Below the pieces are notes generated by a model. That model was not told the origin of the DNA. It saw nothing but the letters and a program-made list of their open reading frames with translations, and ran no database searches. Made by a program: the position numbers and the translations under genes. A stretch of 63,022 nt of DNA, the filler included. It is 12 parts of 12 records of this genome, joined end to end, with 100 filler letters (N's around TTAATTAATTAA, not from the genome) between each part and the next. Parts side by side here need not be neighbours in the genome. Positions count along the whole stretch, not along the records: positions 22,427 to 32,815 come from SRR11831580_1469; positions 32,916 to 36,662 come from SRR11831580_1474; positions 36,763 to 41,907 come from SRR11831580_1477; positions 42,008 to 47,429 come from SRR11831580_1486; 8 more parts are not named here. The stretch is one strand, 5' to 3'. This document shows positions 30,916-44,378 of this stretch, one piece after another (positions within the stretch are counted from its first letter, which is position 1; each line of letters starts with the position of its first letter).

Positions 30916-30940
30916 TTGAATGTGGGGGAAACATCCCCAT
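30916..30940 (+). promoter_or_regulatory. sigma32 promoter of lon
   Basis: TTGAA-N14-CCCCAT. Confidence 0.8.
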
Positions 30941-31025
30941 ATACTGACGTACATGTTAATAGATGGCGTGAAGCACAGTCGTGTCATCTGATTACCTGGC
31001 GGAAATTAAACTAAGAGAGAGCTCT

Positions 31026-32815
31026 ATGAATCCTGAGCGTTCTGAACGCATTGAAATCCCCGTATTGCCGCTGCGCGATGTGGTGGTTTATCCGCACATG
31101 GTCATCCCCTTATTTGTCGGGCGGGAAAAATCTATCCGTTGTCTGGAAGCGGCGATGGACCATGATAAAAAAATTATGCTGGTCGCGCAGAAAGAAGCTT
31201 CAACGGATGAGCCGGGTGTAAACGATCTTTTCACCGTCGGGACCGTGGCCTCTATATTGCAGATGCTGAAACTGCCTGACGGCACCGTCAAAGTGCTGGT
31301 CGAGGGGTTACAGCGCGCGCGTATTTCTGCGCTCTCTGACAATGGCGAACACTTTTCTGCGAAGGCGGAGTATCTGGAGTCGCCGACCATTGATGAGCGG
31401 GAACAGGAAGTGCTGGTGCGTACTGCAATCAGCCAGTTCGAAGGCTACATCAAGCTGAACAAAAAAATCCCACCAGAAGTGCTGACGTCGCTGAATAGCA
31501 TCGACGATCCGGCGCGTCTGGCGGATACCATTGCTGCACATATGCCGCTGAAACTGGCTGACAAACAGTCTGTTCTGGAGATGTCCGACGTTAACGAACG
31601 TCTGGAATATCTGATGGCAATGATGGAATCGGAAATCGATCTGCTGCAGGTTGAGAAACGCATTCGCAACCGCGTTAAAAAGCAGATGGAGAAATCCCAG
31701 CGTGAGTACTATCTGAACGAGCAAATGAAAGCTATTCAGAAAGAACTCGGTGAAATGGACGACGCGCCGGACGAAAACGAAGCCCTGAAGCGCAAAATCG
31801 ACGCGGCGAAGATGCCGAAAGAGGCAAAAGAGAAAGCGGAAGCAGAGTTGCAGAAGCTGAAAATGATGTCTCCGATGTCGGCAGAAGCGACCGTAGTGCG
31901 TGGTTATATCGACTGGATGGTACAGGTGCCGTGGAATGCGCGTAGCAAGGTCAAAAAAGACCTGCGTCAGGCGCAGGAAATCCTTGATACCGACCATTAT
32001 GGTCTGGAGCGCGTGAAAGATCGAATCCTTGAGTATCTTGCGGTTCAAAGCCGTGTCAACAAAATCAAGGGACCGATCCTCTGCCTGGTAGGGCCGCCGG
32101 GGGTAGGTAAAACCTCTCTTGGTCAGTCCATTGCCAAAGCCACCGGGCGTAAATATGTCCGTATGGCGCTGGGCGGCGTGCGTGATGAAGCGGAAATCCG
32201 TGGTCACCGCCGTACTTACATCGGTTCTATGCCGGGTAAACTGATCCAGAAAATGGCGAAAGTGGGCGTGAAAAACCCGCTGTTCCTGCTCGATGAGATC
32301 GACAAAATGTCTTCTGACATGCGTGGCGATCCGGCCTCTGCACTGCTTGAAGTGCTGGATCCAGAGCAGAACGTAGCGTTCAGCGACCACTACCTGGAAG
32401 TGGATTACGATCTCAGCGACGTGATGTTTGTCGCGACGTCGAACTCCATGAACATTCCGGCACCGCTGCTGGATCGTATGGAAGTGATTCGCCTCTCCGG
32501 TTATACCGAAGATGAAAAACTGAACATCGCCAAACGTCACCTGCTGCCGAAGCAGATTGAACGTAATGCACTGAAAAAAGGTGAGCTGACCGTCGACGAT
32601 AGCGCCATTATCGGCATTATTCGTTACTACACCCGTGAGGCGGGCGTGCGTGGTCTGGAGCGTGAAATCTCCAAACTGTGTCGCAAAGCGGTTAAGCAGT
32701 TACTGCTCGATAAGTCATTAAAACATATCGAAATTAACGGCGATAACCTGCATGACTATCTCGGTGTTCAGCGTTTCGACTATGGTCGCGCGGATAACGA
32801 AAACCGTGTCGGTCA
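31026..32815 (+). CDS. lon: Lon protease (3' truncated)
   Basis: MNPERSERIEIPVLPLRD, GPPGVGKT. Confidence 0.99.
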
Positions 32816-32915
32816 NNNNNNNNNNNNNNNNNNNNNNNNNNNNNNNNNNNNNNNNNNNNTTAATTAATTAANNNNNNNNNNNNNNNNNNNNNNNNNNNNN
32901 NNNNNNNNNNNNNNN
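32816..32915. other. Artificial contig spacer 4
   Basis: N44-TTAATTAATTAA-N44. Confidence 0.99.
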
Positions 32916-32925
32916 AACAATGCAT

Positions 32926-32948
32926 TCCGGCCTGCAGTGCAGGCCGGA
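32926..32948. terminator. Palindrome downstream of flgN
   Basis: TCCGGCCTGCA-g-TGCAGGCCGGA. Confidence 0.55.
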
Positions 32949-32956
32949 GATAATCT

Positions 32957-33373
32957 TCAGATCGAAATCTTTTTACCGCCGCGATGGGTTGTTGAGGTCT
33001 GACCGTTCGCCCCATATAGCGTCGGTTCCTGATGCGGTTTCAACATTTCCAGCGCCTGTTGATTGCGCTCAATCTGTCCTTCCAGTAACCAGCCGTTATG
33101 TTGATTCATTTGGCGTAGTTGCTGCGTTTTCACAGTAATTTCCTGCCAGCGTTGACTAATATCAACGCTATTTGCTGTATTGGGTTCTTTCCTGCGTAAC
33201 TGTTCGAGGTAATCCAGCGTCGCCAGCAGTGAGCTTTTTTGTTCTGTAATCCATTGCAACTGGCTGCCGTTGATCTGCCCCATAGAGAGATGTTGCTGCT
33301 CTTGATCCATTACCGTTTTGAGATCGTTAAGCACAGCGGACATCTGGTCGAGGATCTCTGCAAGACGTGTCAT
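32957..33373 (-). CDS. flgN: Flagellar export chaperone FlgN
   Basis: 138 aa, NQHNGWLL; synteny. Confidence 0.97.
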   Translation of the reverse strand: MTRLAEILDQMSAVLNDLKTVMDQEQQHLSMGQINGSQLQWITEQKSSLLATLDYLEQLRRKEPNTANSVDISQRWQEITVKTQQLRQMNQHNGWLLEGQIERNQQALEMLKPHQEPTLYGANGQTSTTHRGGKKISI

Positions 33374-33377
33374 ACGA

Positions 33378-33671
33378 TCAGTTACTCTGCAAGTCTTGCT
33401 GCGCTTCGTTGATCAGCGCATCGGCAATTTTGCCGGTGTCCATTTTTAGTTCACCGTTACGAATCGCCAGTTTTAACGCTTCGACACGTTCAAGATTGAT
33501 ATCACTGCTGCCGGGTTGCATCAGTTTTGCTTGCGCGTCGCTTAACGTCACACTGGTGCTGGTGGAGGCGGTTGTTTTTGCCGCCCGGCTGTTCGTTACC
33601 GGCGCGTCAGTGGTTTCGCGCGGTTGAACGGTGCTTACAGGCTTCAGAGGCGAAGTGCGATCAATACTCAT
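33378..33671 (-). CDS. flgM: Anti-sigma28 factor FlgM
   Basis: 97 aa MSIDRTSPL...[15 protein letters not shown]. Confidence 0.98.
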   Translation of the reverse strand: MSIDRTSPLKPVSTVQPRETTDAPVTNSRAAKTTASTSTSVTLSDAQAKLMQPGSSDINLERVEALKLAIRNGELKMDTGKIADALINEAQQDLQSN

Positions 33672-33714
33672 GGTTTATTCCTCATTGAGGGCGCTTTTAT
33701 CATGTGTTGCTTAT

Positions 33715-33741
33715 TTATCGGCAAGGGACGGGTAATCTTTA
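33715..33741 (-). promoter_or_regulatory. sigma28 promoter of flgM
   Basis: TAAA-N15-GCCGATAA on minus strand. Confidence 0.88.
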
Positions 33742-33746
33742 ACAGC

Positions 33747-34406
33747 TTACAGGTTTATAAGAATATTCCCATCTGCATCAACAACGCCGCTGACTACCTG
33801 TCCCGATACCATGCGCACCCGCGCATTCTGTGCGACGGCTGCATTGTTCAGCGCCTGACCTTCTGCGTTGGCGCTAAACCCATCACCGCTGGCGATCACA
33901 TTGACGCGTTGTCCCGCTTTTACCCGCCATGCCTGGCGAAACTGGGTTAACTGGATAGGTTGATCGGGTGATAGATCGCGCAGGCTAATGGCATCAACAA
34001 GTTGATTGATATCCAGCACCGTACGCGGTGGCAGGGTATCCAGCCGTCCGCGTTTCAGTTTGACATTGCCAGCTTCCAGCTTTCCTCCCCGCGCAATGGG
34101 CATCGCGGCAACCACATAATTTCCTGTGGCCTGTACATTAACCTGTAAATATCGTTTGTCGTTACCGCAGCGTGCCAACACATTCACATTGCCCCACAGG
34201 CGGGAATTATTGCTCATCGAAAGCAATGGCTGCTCGCATGGCGGTAGTAGATTGGGCGCTGTACGAATAGAAACACGAACCTCATCACTTACCCCCGCGA
34301 GTTGGGCGCTAAAAAAGTTGTGCAATTGCGATGTGAGATTGCTCGCCGTACTTAACGGACTGAACAGTATCGCGATGATCGCCACGCTACGTTTTATTAT
34401 CAGCAT
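33747..34406 (-). CDS. flgA: P-ring assembly chaperone FlgA
   Basis: 219 aa with signal peptide; divergent from flgB. Confidence 0.97.
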   Translation of the reverse strand: MLIIKRSVAIIAILFSPLSTASNLTSQLHNFFSAQLAGVSDEVRVSIRTAPNLLPPCEQPLLSMSNNSRLWGNVNVLARCGNDKRYLQVNVQATGNYVVAAMPIARGGKLEAGNVKLKRGRLDTLPPRTVLDINQLVDAISLRDLSPDQPIQLTQFRQAWRVKAGQRVNVIASGDGFSANAEGQALNNAAVAQNARVRMVSGQVVSGVVDADGNILINL

Positions 34407-34560
34407 TTTCGCCCCCAGCCATTTCTACAACGTGAATTGTACCTGTCCGCAATGACCATCAACGGCATAAATAGCGACCCATTTTGCGTTTATTCCGCCG
34501 ATAACGCGCGCGTAAAGGCATTTAAGCTGATGGCAGAATTTTGATACCTGCGGAGGAGAT

Positions 34561-34977
34561 ATGCTCGATAAGCTCGACGCCGCCTTACGTTTTCAACAAG
34601 AGGCGCTCAATCTGCGCGCCCAGCGTCAGGAAGTGCTGGCAGCAAACATCGCCAATGCCGATACCCCTGGTTATCAGGCGCGCGATATCGATTTTGCCAG
34701 TGAACTTAAAAAAGTCATGCAACGTGGACGGGATGCAACCAGTGTGGTTGCACTGACGATGACCTCAACGCAACACATTCCGGCGCAGGCGCTGACGCCT
34801 CCTACCGCAGAACTGCAATACCGTATTCCGGACCAGCCTTCGCTTGACGGTAATACCGTCGATATGGATCGCGAACGCACCCAGTTTGCCGATAACAGCC
34901 TGCAATACCAGATGAGCCTTAGCGCGTTGAGCGGGCAAATCAAAGGCATGATGAACGTTTTACAGAGCGGAAATTAA
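34561..34977 (+). CDS. flgB: Flagellar rod protein FlgB
   Basis: [11 protein letters not shown]. Confidence 0.98.
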
Positions 34978-34980
34978 CGG

Positions 34981-35385
34981 ATGGCACTGCTGAATATTTT
35001 TGATATCGCCGGGTCGGCGTTAACTGCCCAGTCCCAGCGCCTGAACGTGGCGGCCAGTAATCTGGCGAATGCTGATAGCGTGACCGGTCCCGATGGACAG
35101 CCATATCGGGCAAAACAGGTGGTATTCCAGGTTAACGCTGCACCAGGTGCTGCGACAGGCGGCGTAAAGGTTGCCGATGTTATAGAAAGTCAGGCCCCGG
35201 ACAAACTGGTTTATGAACCGGGTAATCCGCTGGCAGATGCAAAGGGCTACGTAAAAATGCCGAACGTTGATGTTGTCGGAGAGATGGTTAACACCATGTC
35301 GGCGTCACGCAGCTATCAGGCCAATGTTGAAGTGCTCAACACGGTGAAAAGCATGATGCTGAAAACCCTTACGCTCGGTCAATAA
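34981..35385 (+). CDS. flgC: Flagellar rod protein FlgC
   Basis: [15 protein letters not shown]. Confidence 0.98.
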
Positions 35386-35396
35386 AGGAGAAAGCT

Positions 35397-36092
35397 ATGT
35401 CCATTGCGGTAACCACCACCGATCCGACAAATACCGGCGTCAGTACCACCAGCAGTAGTTCGCTCACGGGCAGCAACGCCGCAGATTTACAAAGCAGTTT
35501 TCTGACTTTGCTGGTGGCGCAGCTGAAAAACCAGGACCCGACCAATCCAATGGAAAACAACGAGCTGACGTCGCAATTGGCACAAATCAGCACGGTCAGC
35601 GGGATTGAAAAACTCAATACCACGCTCGGATCTATTTCCGGACAGATTGATAACAGCCAGTCGTTACAGGCCAGTAACCTGATCGGTCACGGCGTGATGA
35701 TCCCCGGCACCACTGTTCTTGCGGGAACCGGCAGTGAAGAAGGGGCTGTGACCACGACCACGCCGTTTGGTGTTGAGCTGCAACAGGCGGCAGACAAAGT
35801 TACGGCCACCATCACCGATAAAAATGGCGCGGTTGTGCGCACCATTGATATTGGTGAACTGACCGCCGGAGTTCACAGTTTCACCTGGGACGGTACGTTG
35901 ACTGATGGCAGCACTGCGCCGAACGGTTCTTACAATGTAGCGATTAGCGCCAGTAACGGTGGTACACAACTGGTTGCCCAGCCGCTGCAGTTTGCTCTGG
36001 TGCAGGGTGTGATCCGCGGCAACAGCGGTAATACGCTGGATCTCGGCACTTACGGCACCACCACCCTCGACGAAGTACGGCAGATAATTTAA
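35397..36092 (+). CDS. flgD: Hook capping protein FlgD
   Basis: FLTLLVAQLKNQDPTNP. Confidence 0.98.
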   Translation: MSIAVTTTDPTNTGVSTTSSSSLTGSNAADLQSSFLTLLVAQLKNQDPTNPMENNELTSQLAQISTVSGIEKLNTTLGSISGQIDNSQSLQASNLIGHGVMIPGTTVLAGTGSEEGAVTTTTPFGVELQQAADKVTATITDKNGAVVRTIDIGELTAGVHSFTWDGTLTDGSTAPNGSYNVAISASNGGTQLVAQPLQFALVQGVIRGNSGNTLDLGTYGTTTLDEVRQII

Positions 36093-36116
36093 GCCTTCAC
36101 ATTTCAGGAGTCAGTC

Positions 36117-36662
36117 ATGGCCTTTTCTCAAGCGGTTAGCGGATTAAACGCTGCCGCCACCAACCTCGATGTTATTGGCAACAATATCGCCAACTCCGCC
36201 ACCTACGGCTTTAAATCAGGCACGGCCTCTTTTGCCGATATGTTTGCCGGTTCGAAAGTGGGACTGGGGGTAAAAGTTGCCGGTATCACTCAGGACTTTA
36301 CCGATGGCACGACCACCAACACCGGGCGAGGTCTGGACGTTGCTATCAGCCAGAACGGTTTTTTCCGTCTGGTAGACAGCAACGGTTCGGTGTTCTACAG
36401 CCGTAACGGACAATTTAAGCTGGATGAAAACCGTAACCTGGTGAATATGCAAGGTTTACAGCTGACGGGTTACCCGGCAACCGGTACGCCGCCGACTATT
36501 CAGCAAGGGGCGAATCCGACCAATATTTCGATCCCGAATACCCTGATGGCAGCGAAAACTACCACCACGGCATCGATGCAGATCAACCTGAATTCCAGTG
36601 ATCCGCTTCCTACTGTTACGCCATTCAGCGCCAGCAATGCGGATAGCTATAACAAAAAGGTT
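36117..36662 (+). CDS. flgE: Hook protein FlgE (3' truncated)
   Basis: MAFSQAVSGL...GNNIANSATYGFK. Confidence 0.98.
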
Positions 36663-36762
36663 NNNNNNNNNNNNNNNNNNNNNNNNNNNNNNNNNNNNNN
36701 NNNNNNTTAATTAATTAANNNNNNNNNNNNNNNNNNNNNNNNNNNNNNNNNNNNNNNNNNNN
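36663..36762. other. Artificial contig spacer 5
   Basis: N44-TTAATTAATTAA-N44. Confidence 0.99.
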
Positions 36763-37264
36763 CGAGGGTTTCGCCCACTTCGACGAATCCGGCAAGTACT
36801 GTATGGACACCGTTACGATGGCGGGTATGCTGGGCGAGGAGGATCGAATCATCGCGACGGATGGCAACAATAATGCAGGGGGCGATTTGCGGGTAGTAAC
36901 GCTCACGGCAATGGCTGCACAGCATCGCCCATTCGGTTTTGCTCGGATACATTTCATGCCCGCAGTAACCACAGTATTTATGCGATCGGTAAAACTCCGC
37001 CAGTTGTACGCCTCGTCCGGCCAGTTGAAACAGCCCAACATCGAGATCAATGACCTGACGTACCGACCCCATATCGTGACGCCGCTGCTGTTGTACTAAC
37101 CAAACAGGTTCCCCCTGCCATTCGCCGATTTGTAGTGCGCGCTGACCCACAAGATCGAAATTTGCCGCTTCGCCATATGGCAATTCTCCCTTCGGCAACC
37201 ATAATTTTTGTTCATGGCTGACGACCCACCAGCCGTGATCTAATTTTTCAATTATACGATCCAT
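36763..37264 (-). CDS. nudC: NADH pyrophosphatase / NAD-cap decapping enzyme (3' truncated)
   Basis: CGYCG...CSHC zinc ribbon, start of Nudix box [10 protein letters not shown]. Confidence 0.97.
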
Positions 37265-37358
37265 AGCTCTTGCACTACCTTTGCATCACTGGCATGTTTA
37301 ACATGGTTTTTACATTTCTCACTGAGCAGTTTTTGAATACAAACTTGCGGAGTCAATC

Positions 37359-37835
37359 ATGCTTAACCAGCTCGATAACCTGACGGAGCGCGTCAGAGGA
37401 AGTAACAAACTGGTTGATCGCTGGCTACATGTACGTAAGCATCTGCTCGTGGCTTACTACAATCTGGTTGGCATTAAGCCTGGCAAAGAATCGTACATGA
37501 GGCTAAACGAAAAAGCCCTTGATGATTTTTGTCAGAGCCTGGTCGATTACTTGTCTGCCGGACATTTCAGTATTTATGAGCGCATTCTTCATAAGCTGGA
37601 AGGCAACGGGCAACTCGCGCGCGCCGCGAAGATTTGGCCGCAACTCGAAGCCAATACTCAACAGATTATGGATTACTACGATTCCAGTCTGGAAACCGCC
37701 ATCGATCATGATAATTACCTTGAGTTTCAACAGGTTTTATCTGACATCGGCGAGGCGCTGGAAGCGCGCTTTGTGCTGGAAGATAAGCTGATTCTGCTGG
37801 TGCTTGACGCCGCCCGCGTCAAACATCCTGCTTGA
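37359..37835 (+). CDS. rsd: Regulator of sigma70
   Basis: 158 aa, DYLSAGHFSIYE. Confidence 0.98.
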   Translation: MLNQLDNLTERVRGSNKLVDRWLHVRKHLLVAYYNLVGIKPGKESYMRLNEKALDDFCQSLVDYLSAGHFSIYERILHKLEGNGQLARAAKIWPQLEANTQQIMDYYDSSLETAIDHDNYLEFQQVLSDIGEALEARFVLEDKLILLVLDAARVKHPA

Positions 37836-37890
37836 GTTCTGCGCTGTTAACGCGTAATTTACATTCAATGCCCCATTTGCGGGGCTAATT

Positions 37891-37976
37891 TCTTGTCGGA
37901 GTGCCTTAACTGGCTGAGACCGTTTATTCGGGATCCGCGGAACCTGATCAGGCTAATACCTGCGAAGGGAACAAGA
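37891..37976 (+). ncRNA. TPP riboswitch upstream of thiC
   Basis: GGAGTGC...GGCTGAGA...ACCTGATCAGGCTAATACCTGCGAAGGGA; closed by TCTTGT/ACAAGA. Confidence 0.96.
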
Positions 37977-38064
37977 GTTAATCTGCTATCGCATCGCCCC
38001 TGCGGCGATCGTCTCTTGCTTCATCCGTCGTCTGACAAGCCACGTCCTTAACTTTTTGGAATGA

Positions 38065-39962
<1,898 letters not shown>

Positions 39963-39963
<1 letters not shown>

Positions 39964-40598
39964 TGTATCAGCCTGATTTTCCTCCTGTACCTTTTCGTTC
40001 AGGACTGTACCCGGTGGTGGACAGCGTACAGTGGATCGAACGTCTGTTGGATGCAGGCGTACGTACTCTCCAGCTACGCATCAAAGATCGGCGCGATGAA
40101 GAGGTGGAAGCCGATGTCGTGGCGGCAATTGCGCTGGGCCGCCGCTATAACGCGCGATTGTTTATCAACGATTACTGGCGGCTGGCGATCAAGCATCAGG
40201 CGTATGGCGTCCATTTGGGGCAGGAAGATTTGCAAGCCACCGATCTCAATGCCATCCGCGCGGCAGGCCTGCGGCTGGGCGTTTCGACACATGACGATAT
40301 GGAAATCGACGTCGCGCTGGCAGCACGCCCCTCTTATATCGCGCTGAGACATGTGTTCCCGACGCAAACCAAACAGATGCCTTCTGCACCGCAGGGGCTG
40401 GAACAGCTGGCACGGCATGTTGAGCGACTGGCGGATTATCCCACCGTGGCGATTGGCGGCATCAGTCTGGCACGCGCGCCTGCGGTGATAGCAACGGGTG
40501 TCGGCAGTATCGCCGTCGTCAGCGCCATTACTCAAGCCGCAGACTGGCGTTTGGCAACGGCACAGTTGCTGGAAATTGCAGGAGTTGGCGATGAATGA
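39963..40598 (+). CDS. thiE: Thiamine phosphate synthase (Arg at codon 129)
   Basis: 211 aa, [18 protein letters not shown]. Confidence 0.98.
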
Positions 40599-41346
40599 CC
40601 GTGACTTTATGCGTTATAGCCGCCAAATCCTGCTCGACGATATCGCTCTGGACGGGCAGCAAAAACTGCTCGACAGCCAGGTGCTGATTATCGGTCTGGG
40701 CGGGCTGGGTACACCTGCTGCGCTGTACCTGGCGGGCGCTGGCGTCGGGACGCTGGTACTGGCAGATGACGACGATGTGCATTTAAGCAATCTGCAACGA
40801 CAAATCCTCTTTACCACTGAAGATATCGATCGCCCGAAATCGCAGGTCAGCCAACAGCGACTGACACAGTTGAATCCCGACATTCAACTGACAGCATTAC
40901 AACAACGGTTAACGGGTGAGGCGTTAAAAGATGCGGTTGCACGGGCCGATGTGGTGCTCGACTGTACCGACAATATGGCGACTCGCCAGAAGATTAATGC
41001 CGCCTGCGTGGCACTCAACACGCCGCTTATCACCGCCAGCGCGGTCGGATTTGGCGGTCAGTTGATGGTACTGACGCCGCCCTGGGAGCAGGGGTGTTAC
41101 CGCTGCCTGTGGCCAGATAACCAGGAGCCAGAACGCAACTGCCGCACGGCGGGCGTGGTTGGCCCGGTGGTCGGGGTTATGGGCACTTTGCAGGCACTGG
41201 AAGCCATTAAGTTATTAAGCGGTATAGAGACACCTGCGGGAGAACTCCGACTGTTCGACGGTAAATCGAGCCAGTGGCGCAGCCTGGCGTTGCGCCGCGC
41301 CAGTGGTTGCCCGGTATGCGGAGGAAGCAATGCAGATCCTGTTTAA
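40591..41346 (+). CDS. thiF: ThiS adenylyltransferase
   Basis: 251 aa, RYSRQ, GLGGLG, SNLQRQ, two CxxC. Confidence 0.98.
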
Positions 41347-41530
41347 CGATCAAGCGATGCAGTGCGCCGCCGGGCAAACTGTTCACGAACTACTGGAGCA
41401 ACTCGACCAACGACAAGCGGGCGCGGCTCTGGCGATTAATCAGCAAATCGTCCCGCGTGAGCAGTGGGCGCAACATATCGTGCAGGATGGCGACCAGATC
41501 CTGCTTTTTCAGGTTATTGCAGGGGGTTGA
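41330..41530 (+). CDS. thiS: Sulfur carrier ThiS
   Basis: 66 aa ending AGG. Confidence 0.98.
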
Positions 41531-41531
41531 A

Positions 41532-41907
41532 ATGTTACGTATTGCGGACAAAACGTTTGATTCACATCTGTTTACCGGCACAGGGAAATTCGCTTCTTCA
41601 CAACTGATGGTGGAGGCGATCCGCGCTTCCGGCAGCCAGCTGGTGACACTGGCGATGAAACGTGTCGACTTGCGCCAGCACAACGACGCTATCCTCGAAC
41701 CGCTTATCGCGGCGGGTGTGACCCTGCTGCCAAATACATCCGGGGCGAAAACAGCGGAAGAAGCCATTTTCGCCGCCCATCTGGCTCGTGAAGCGTTAGG
41801 CACAAACTGGTTAAAATTAGAGATTCACCCTGACGCCCGCTGGCTGTTGCCCGATCCCATCGAAACCCTGAAAGCCGCCGAAACGCTGGTACAACAGGGA
41901 TTTGTCG
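41532..41907 (+). CDS. thiG: Thiazole synthase (3' truncated)
   Basis: GTGKF, LLPNTSG, WLKLEI. Confidence 0.98.
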
Positions 41908-42007
41908 NNNNNNNNNNNNNNNNNNNNNNNNNNNNNNNNNNNNNNNNNNNNTTAATTAATTAANNNNNNNNNNNNNNNNNNNNNNNNNNNNNNNNNNNNN
42001 NNNNNNN
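41908..42007. other. Artificial contig spacer 6
   Basis: N44-TTAATTAATTAA-N44. Confidence 0.99.
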
Positions 42008-42430
42008 CACTTAATTGGCGAGACGTTGAAATCAGCGGGCATCACGGTGTTGTTTAACCAGGCTACGGTGATCGCCACGCCGAACAGGCAATTCGAACTG
42101 GTAGGCACTGGTGACTTATGGGCCGGACAATGCAAACCGCCTCCCGCCAGCGAAGCCAATCTGCCAAGACTGGTGCTGGCGCATAATCCCGACAGCAAAG
42201 AAGTCATGCGTGATGAACCCTGGGATCTGATGCTGTGCGGCCATACTCACGGCGGGCAACTGCGCGTACCGTTGGTTGGTGAACCTTTTGCCCCTGTCGA
42301 AGATAAACGTTACGTCGCCGGATTAAATGCCTTTGGCGAAAGACACATCTACACAACCCGTGGCGTGGGCAGTTTGTATGGTTTGCGTCTGAACTGCCGC
42401 CCGGAAGTAACGATGCTGGAACTGGTGTAG
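42008..42430 (+). CDS. yaeI: Metallophosphoesterase YaeI (5' truncated)
   Basis: AHNPD, GHTHGGQ; synteny. Confidence 0.93.
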   Translation, partial: HLIGETLKSAGITVLFNQATVIATPNRQFELVGTGDLWAGQCKPPPASEANLPRLVLAHNPDSKEVMRDEPWDLMLCGHTHGGQLRVPLVGEPFAPVEDKRYVAGLNAFGERHIYTTRGVGSLYGLRLNCRPEVTMLELV

Positions 42431-42591
42431 ATCGTGAATTTTATCACCAGAATAAAGCAGGTAATTTTTTGATTTTTACGCCATGATAGAAGTCTGGAAG
42501 AAAAAGGCTTTCTGCGATCACAGTCGAGCCGGGCGGGCCAGGCCAAATGCTAAAATAAGCACAATTTACTGACTCATTTTGAGGTAACGCT

Positions 42592-42978
42592 ATGTACGAC
42601 AATCTGAAAAGTCTGGGTATTACCAATCCTGAAGAAATTGATCGTTACAGCCTCCGGCAGGAAGCCAACAACGATATTCTGAAAATCTATTTCCAGAAAG
42701 ACAAAGGCGAGTTTTTCGCCAAGAGCGTTAAGTTTAAATATCCGCGTCAGCGTAAAACGGTCGTCGCTGATGGTGTGGGTCAGGGTTATAAAGAAGTCCA
42801 GGAAATCAGCCCGAATCTACGGTATATCATTGATGAGCTTGATCAAATCTGCCAGCGTGACCGCAGCGAAGTTGATCTTAAGCGTAAGATCCTCGACGAC
42901 TTACGTCACCTGGAGTCAGTCGTAACCAATAAGATCAGCGAGATTGAAGCCGATCTGGAAAAACTAACGCGTAAATAA
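42592..42978 (+). CDS. yaeH: Conserved protein YaeH
   Basis: 128 aa [10 protein letters not shown]...[10 protein letters not shown]. Confidence 0.95.
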   Translation: MYDNLKSLGITNPEEIDRYSLRQEANNDILKIYFQKDKGEFFAKSVKFKYPRQRKTVVADGVGQGYKEVQEISPNLRYIIDELDQICQRDRSEVDLKRKILDDLRHLESVVTNKISEIEADLEKLTRK

Positions 42979-43002
42979 TCCCGAACTGACGGTTAATTCG
43001 GG

Positions 43003-43035
43003 CATTCCCCTCTACCCTTCGGGCTGAGGGGAATG
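43003..43035. terminator. Hairpin between convergent yaeH and cdaR
   Basis: CATTCCCCTC...GAGGGGAATG. Confidence 0.65.
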
Positions 43036-43066
43036 AGCCAGCGCCGCCTCAACCTTAACGCATAAC

Positions 43067-44224
43067 CTACCGCTCTTCATCCAGTTGTAACGCCACATAC
43101 AGCAGCAACCTGTCATCAAAATTGCCCAAATCAAGCCCGGTCAGTTCCGATATACGATTAAGCCGATACTCCAGGGTATTACGATGAATAAACAACGCCT
43201 TTGACGTTGCCAGCGGTTGCACATTGTGGCGAAACCACGCCGCCAGCGTTCGTCGCAGCAAGCCGTTATTGTCCATCGTTTTCAGCCGCGCCAGCGGTCG
43301 CGCCAGTTCGTTGGCCTGCCAGTCGCCACGCAAACTGTCGAGTAACACAGGTAACATCAGATCCTGATAAAAATAGCAGCGACTTTCTGGCATCCGCTGT
43401 TTACCCACCACCATCGTCGTTTTCGCCGTACGATAGGATCGGGCAATACTGCCAGGACCGGTAAAATAGTTGCCCAGTGAAACGCGAAAACGCAGCTGGC
43501 CGTACTCTTTCATGCGGGTAATCAGTTGTTCAACTCGCTTACGATGATCTTCTGCATCCCAGCGCCCAAAAGAGTTCAACGCCGGTTTCAACACCACCAT
43601 TTCGGTTAGCGAGACAATCGCCACCAGATTATTACGCTCGGGCGTAGTCAGCGCGTTTTGCAGTTGTTGTAACTCCGCCATTGCGCTGTCCACGCCAAGC
43701 TGACCGCTGTCGACCTCAACAATAGCCACCACTCGCGGTTGATTGAGATCGATCCCCAGCCGTTGCGCCCATTCAGTAAGTGCGGGAGTATTCTCCTCTG
43801 CCTGAATCAGGTTCATCACCAGTTCTTCCCGCAAACGGCTATCCTGCGCCAACAAGTGCATCAACCGCGACTGTTCCAGCATCATTTCAGCCGTCATGCA
43901 GACCAGTTCGCCATATTTACGCAGATTCTCTGGTTCACCTGTCAGGCCAATTACGCCGACAATTTCACCTTCCAGCCGTAACGGTAGATTAATCCCCTGC
44001 CGCACACCGTGCAGATGACGTGCTACCGCGTCATCGATATCGACGACTCGTCCCTGTGAAAGTACCAGCAATGCACCTTCGTGCAATTCACCAATACGCT
44101 CACGATCGCCGCTGCCGATAATTCGCCCACGGGCATCCATTACGTTGATATTGGTATCGATGATGCGCATGGTACGTGCCACGATATCCTGCGCCATTTT
44201 GGTATCAAGATGCCAGCCAGCCAT
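43067..44224 (-). CDS. cdaR: Carbohydrate diacid regulator
   Basis: 385 aa, C-terminal LFIHRNTLEYRL HTH. Confidence 0.97.
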   Translation of the reverse strand: MAGWHLDTKMAQDIVARTMRIIDTNINVMDARGRIIGSGDRERIGELHEGALLVLSQGRVVDIDDAVARHLHGVRQGINLPLRLEGEIVGVIGLTGEPENLRKYGELVCMTAEMMLEQSRLMHLLAQDSRLREELVMNLIQAEENTPALTEWAQRLGIDLNQPRVVAIVEVDSGQLGVDSAMAELQQLQNALTTPERNNLVAIVSLTEMVVLKPALNSFGRWDAEDHRKRVEQLITRMKEYGQLRFRVSLGNYFTGPGSIARSYRTAKTTMVVGKQRMPESRCYFYQDLMLPVLLDSLRGDWQANELARPLARLKTMDNNGLLRRTLAAWFRHNVQPLATSKALFIHRNTLEYRLNRISELTGLDLGNFDDRLLLYVALQLDEER

Positions 44225-44342
44225 AAGTCCTCCGTTATGCACGGCTTAGCATAAGGAAGTACGTAACGTACGGCATTGTGCAAATGCCTAAAGGATGATG
44301 AAGATGTATGGAGTTGTGGTGAAGTTCACAGATTGTAAGGAG

Positions 44343-44370
44343 AACCCCTTCCCGTTTTCAGGAAGGGGTT
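44343..44370 (-). terminator. Hairpin after degP
   Basis: AACCCCTTCC...GGAAGGGGTT. Confidence 0.65.
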
Positions 44371-44378
44371 GAGGGAGA

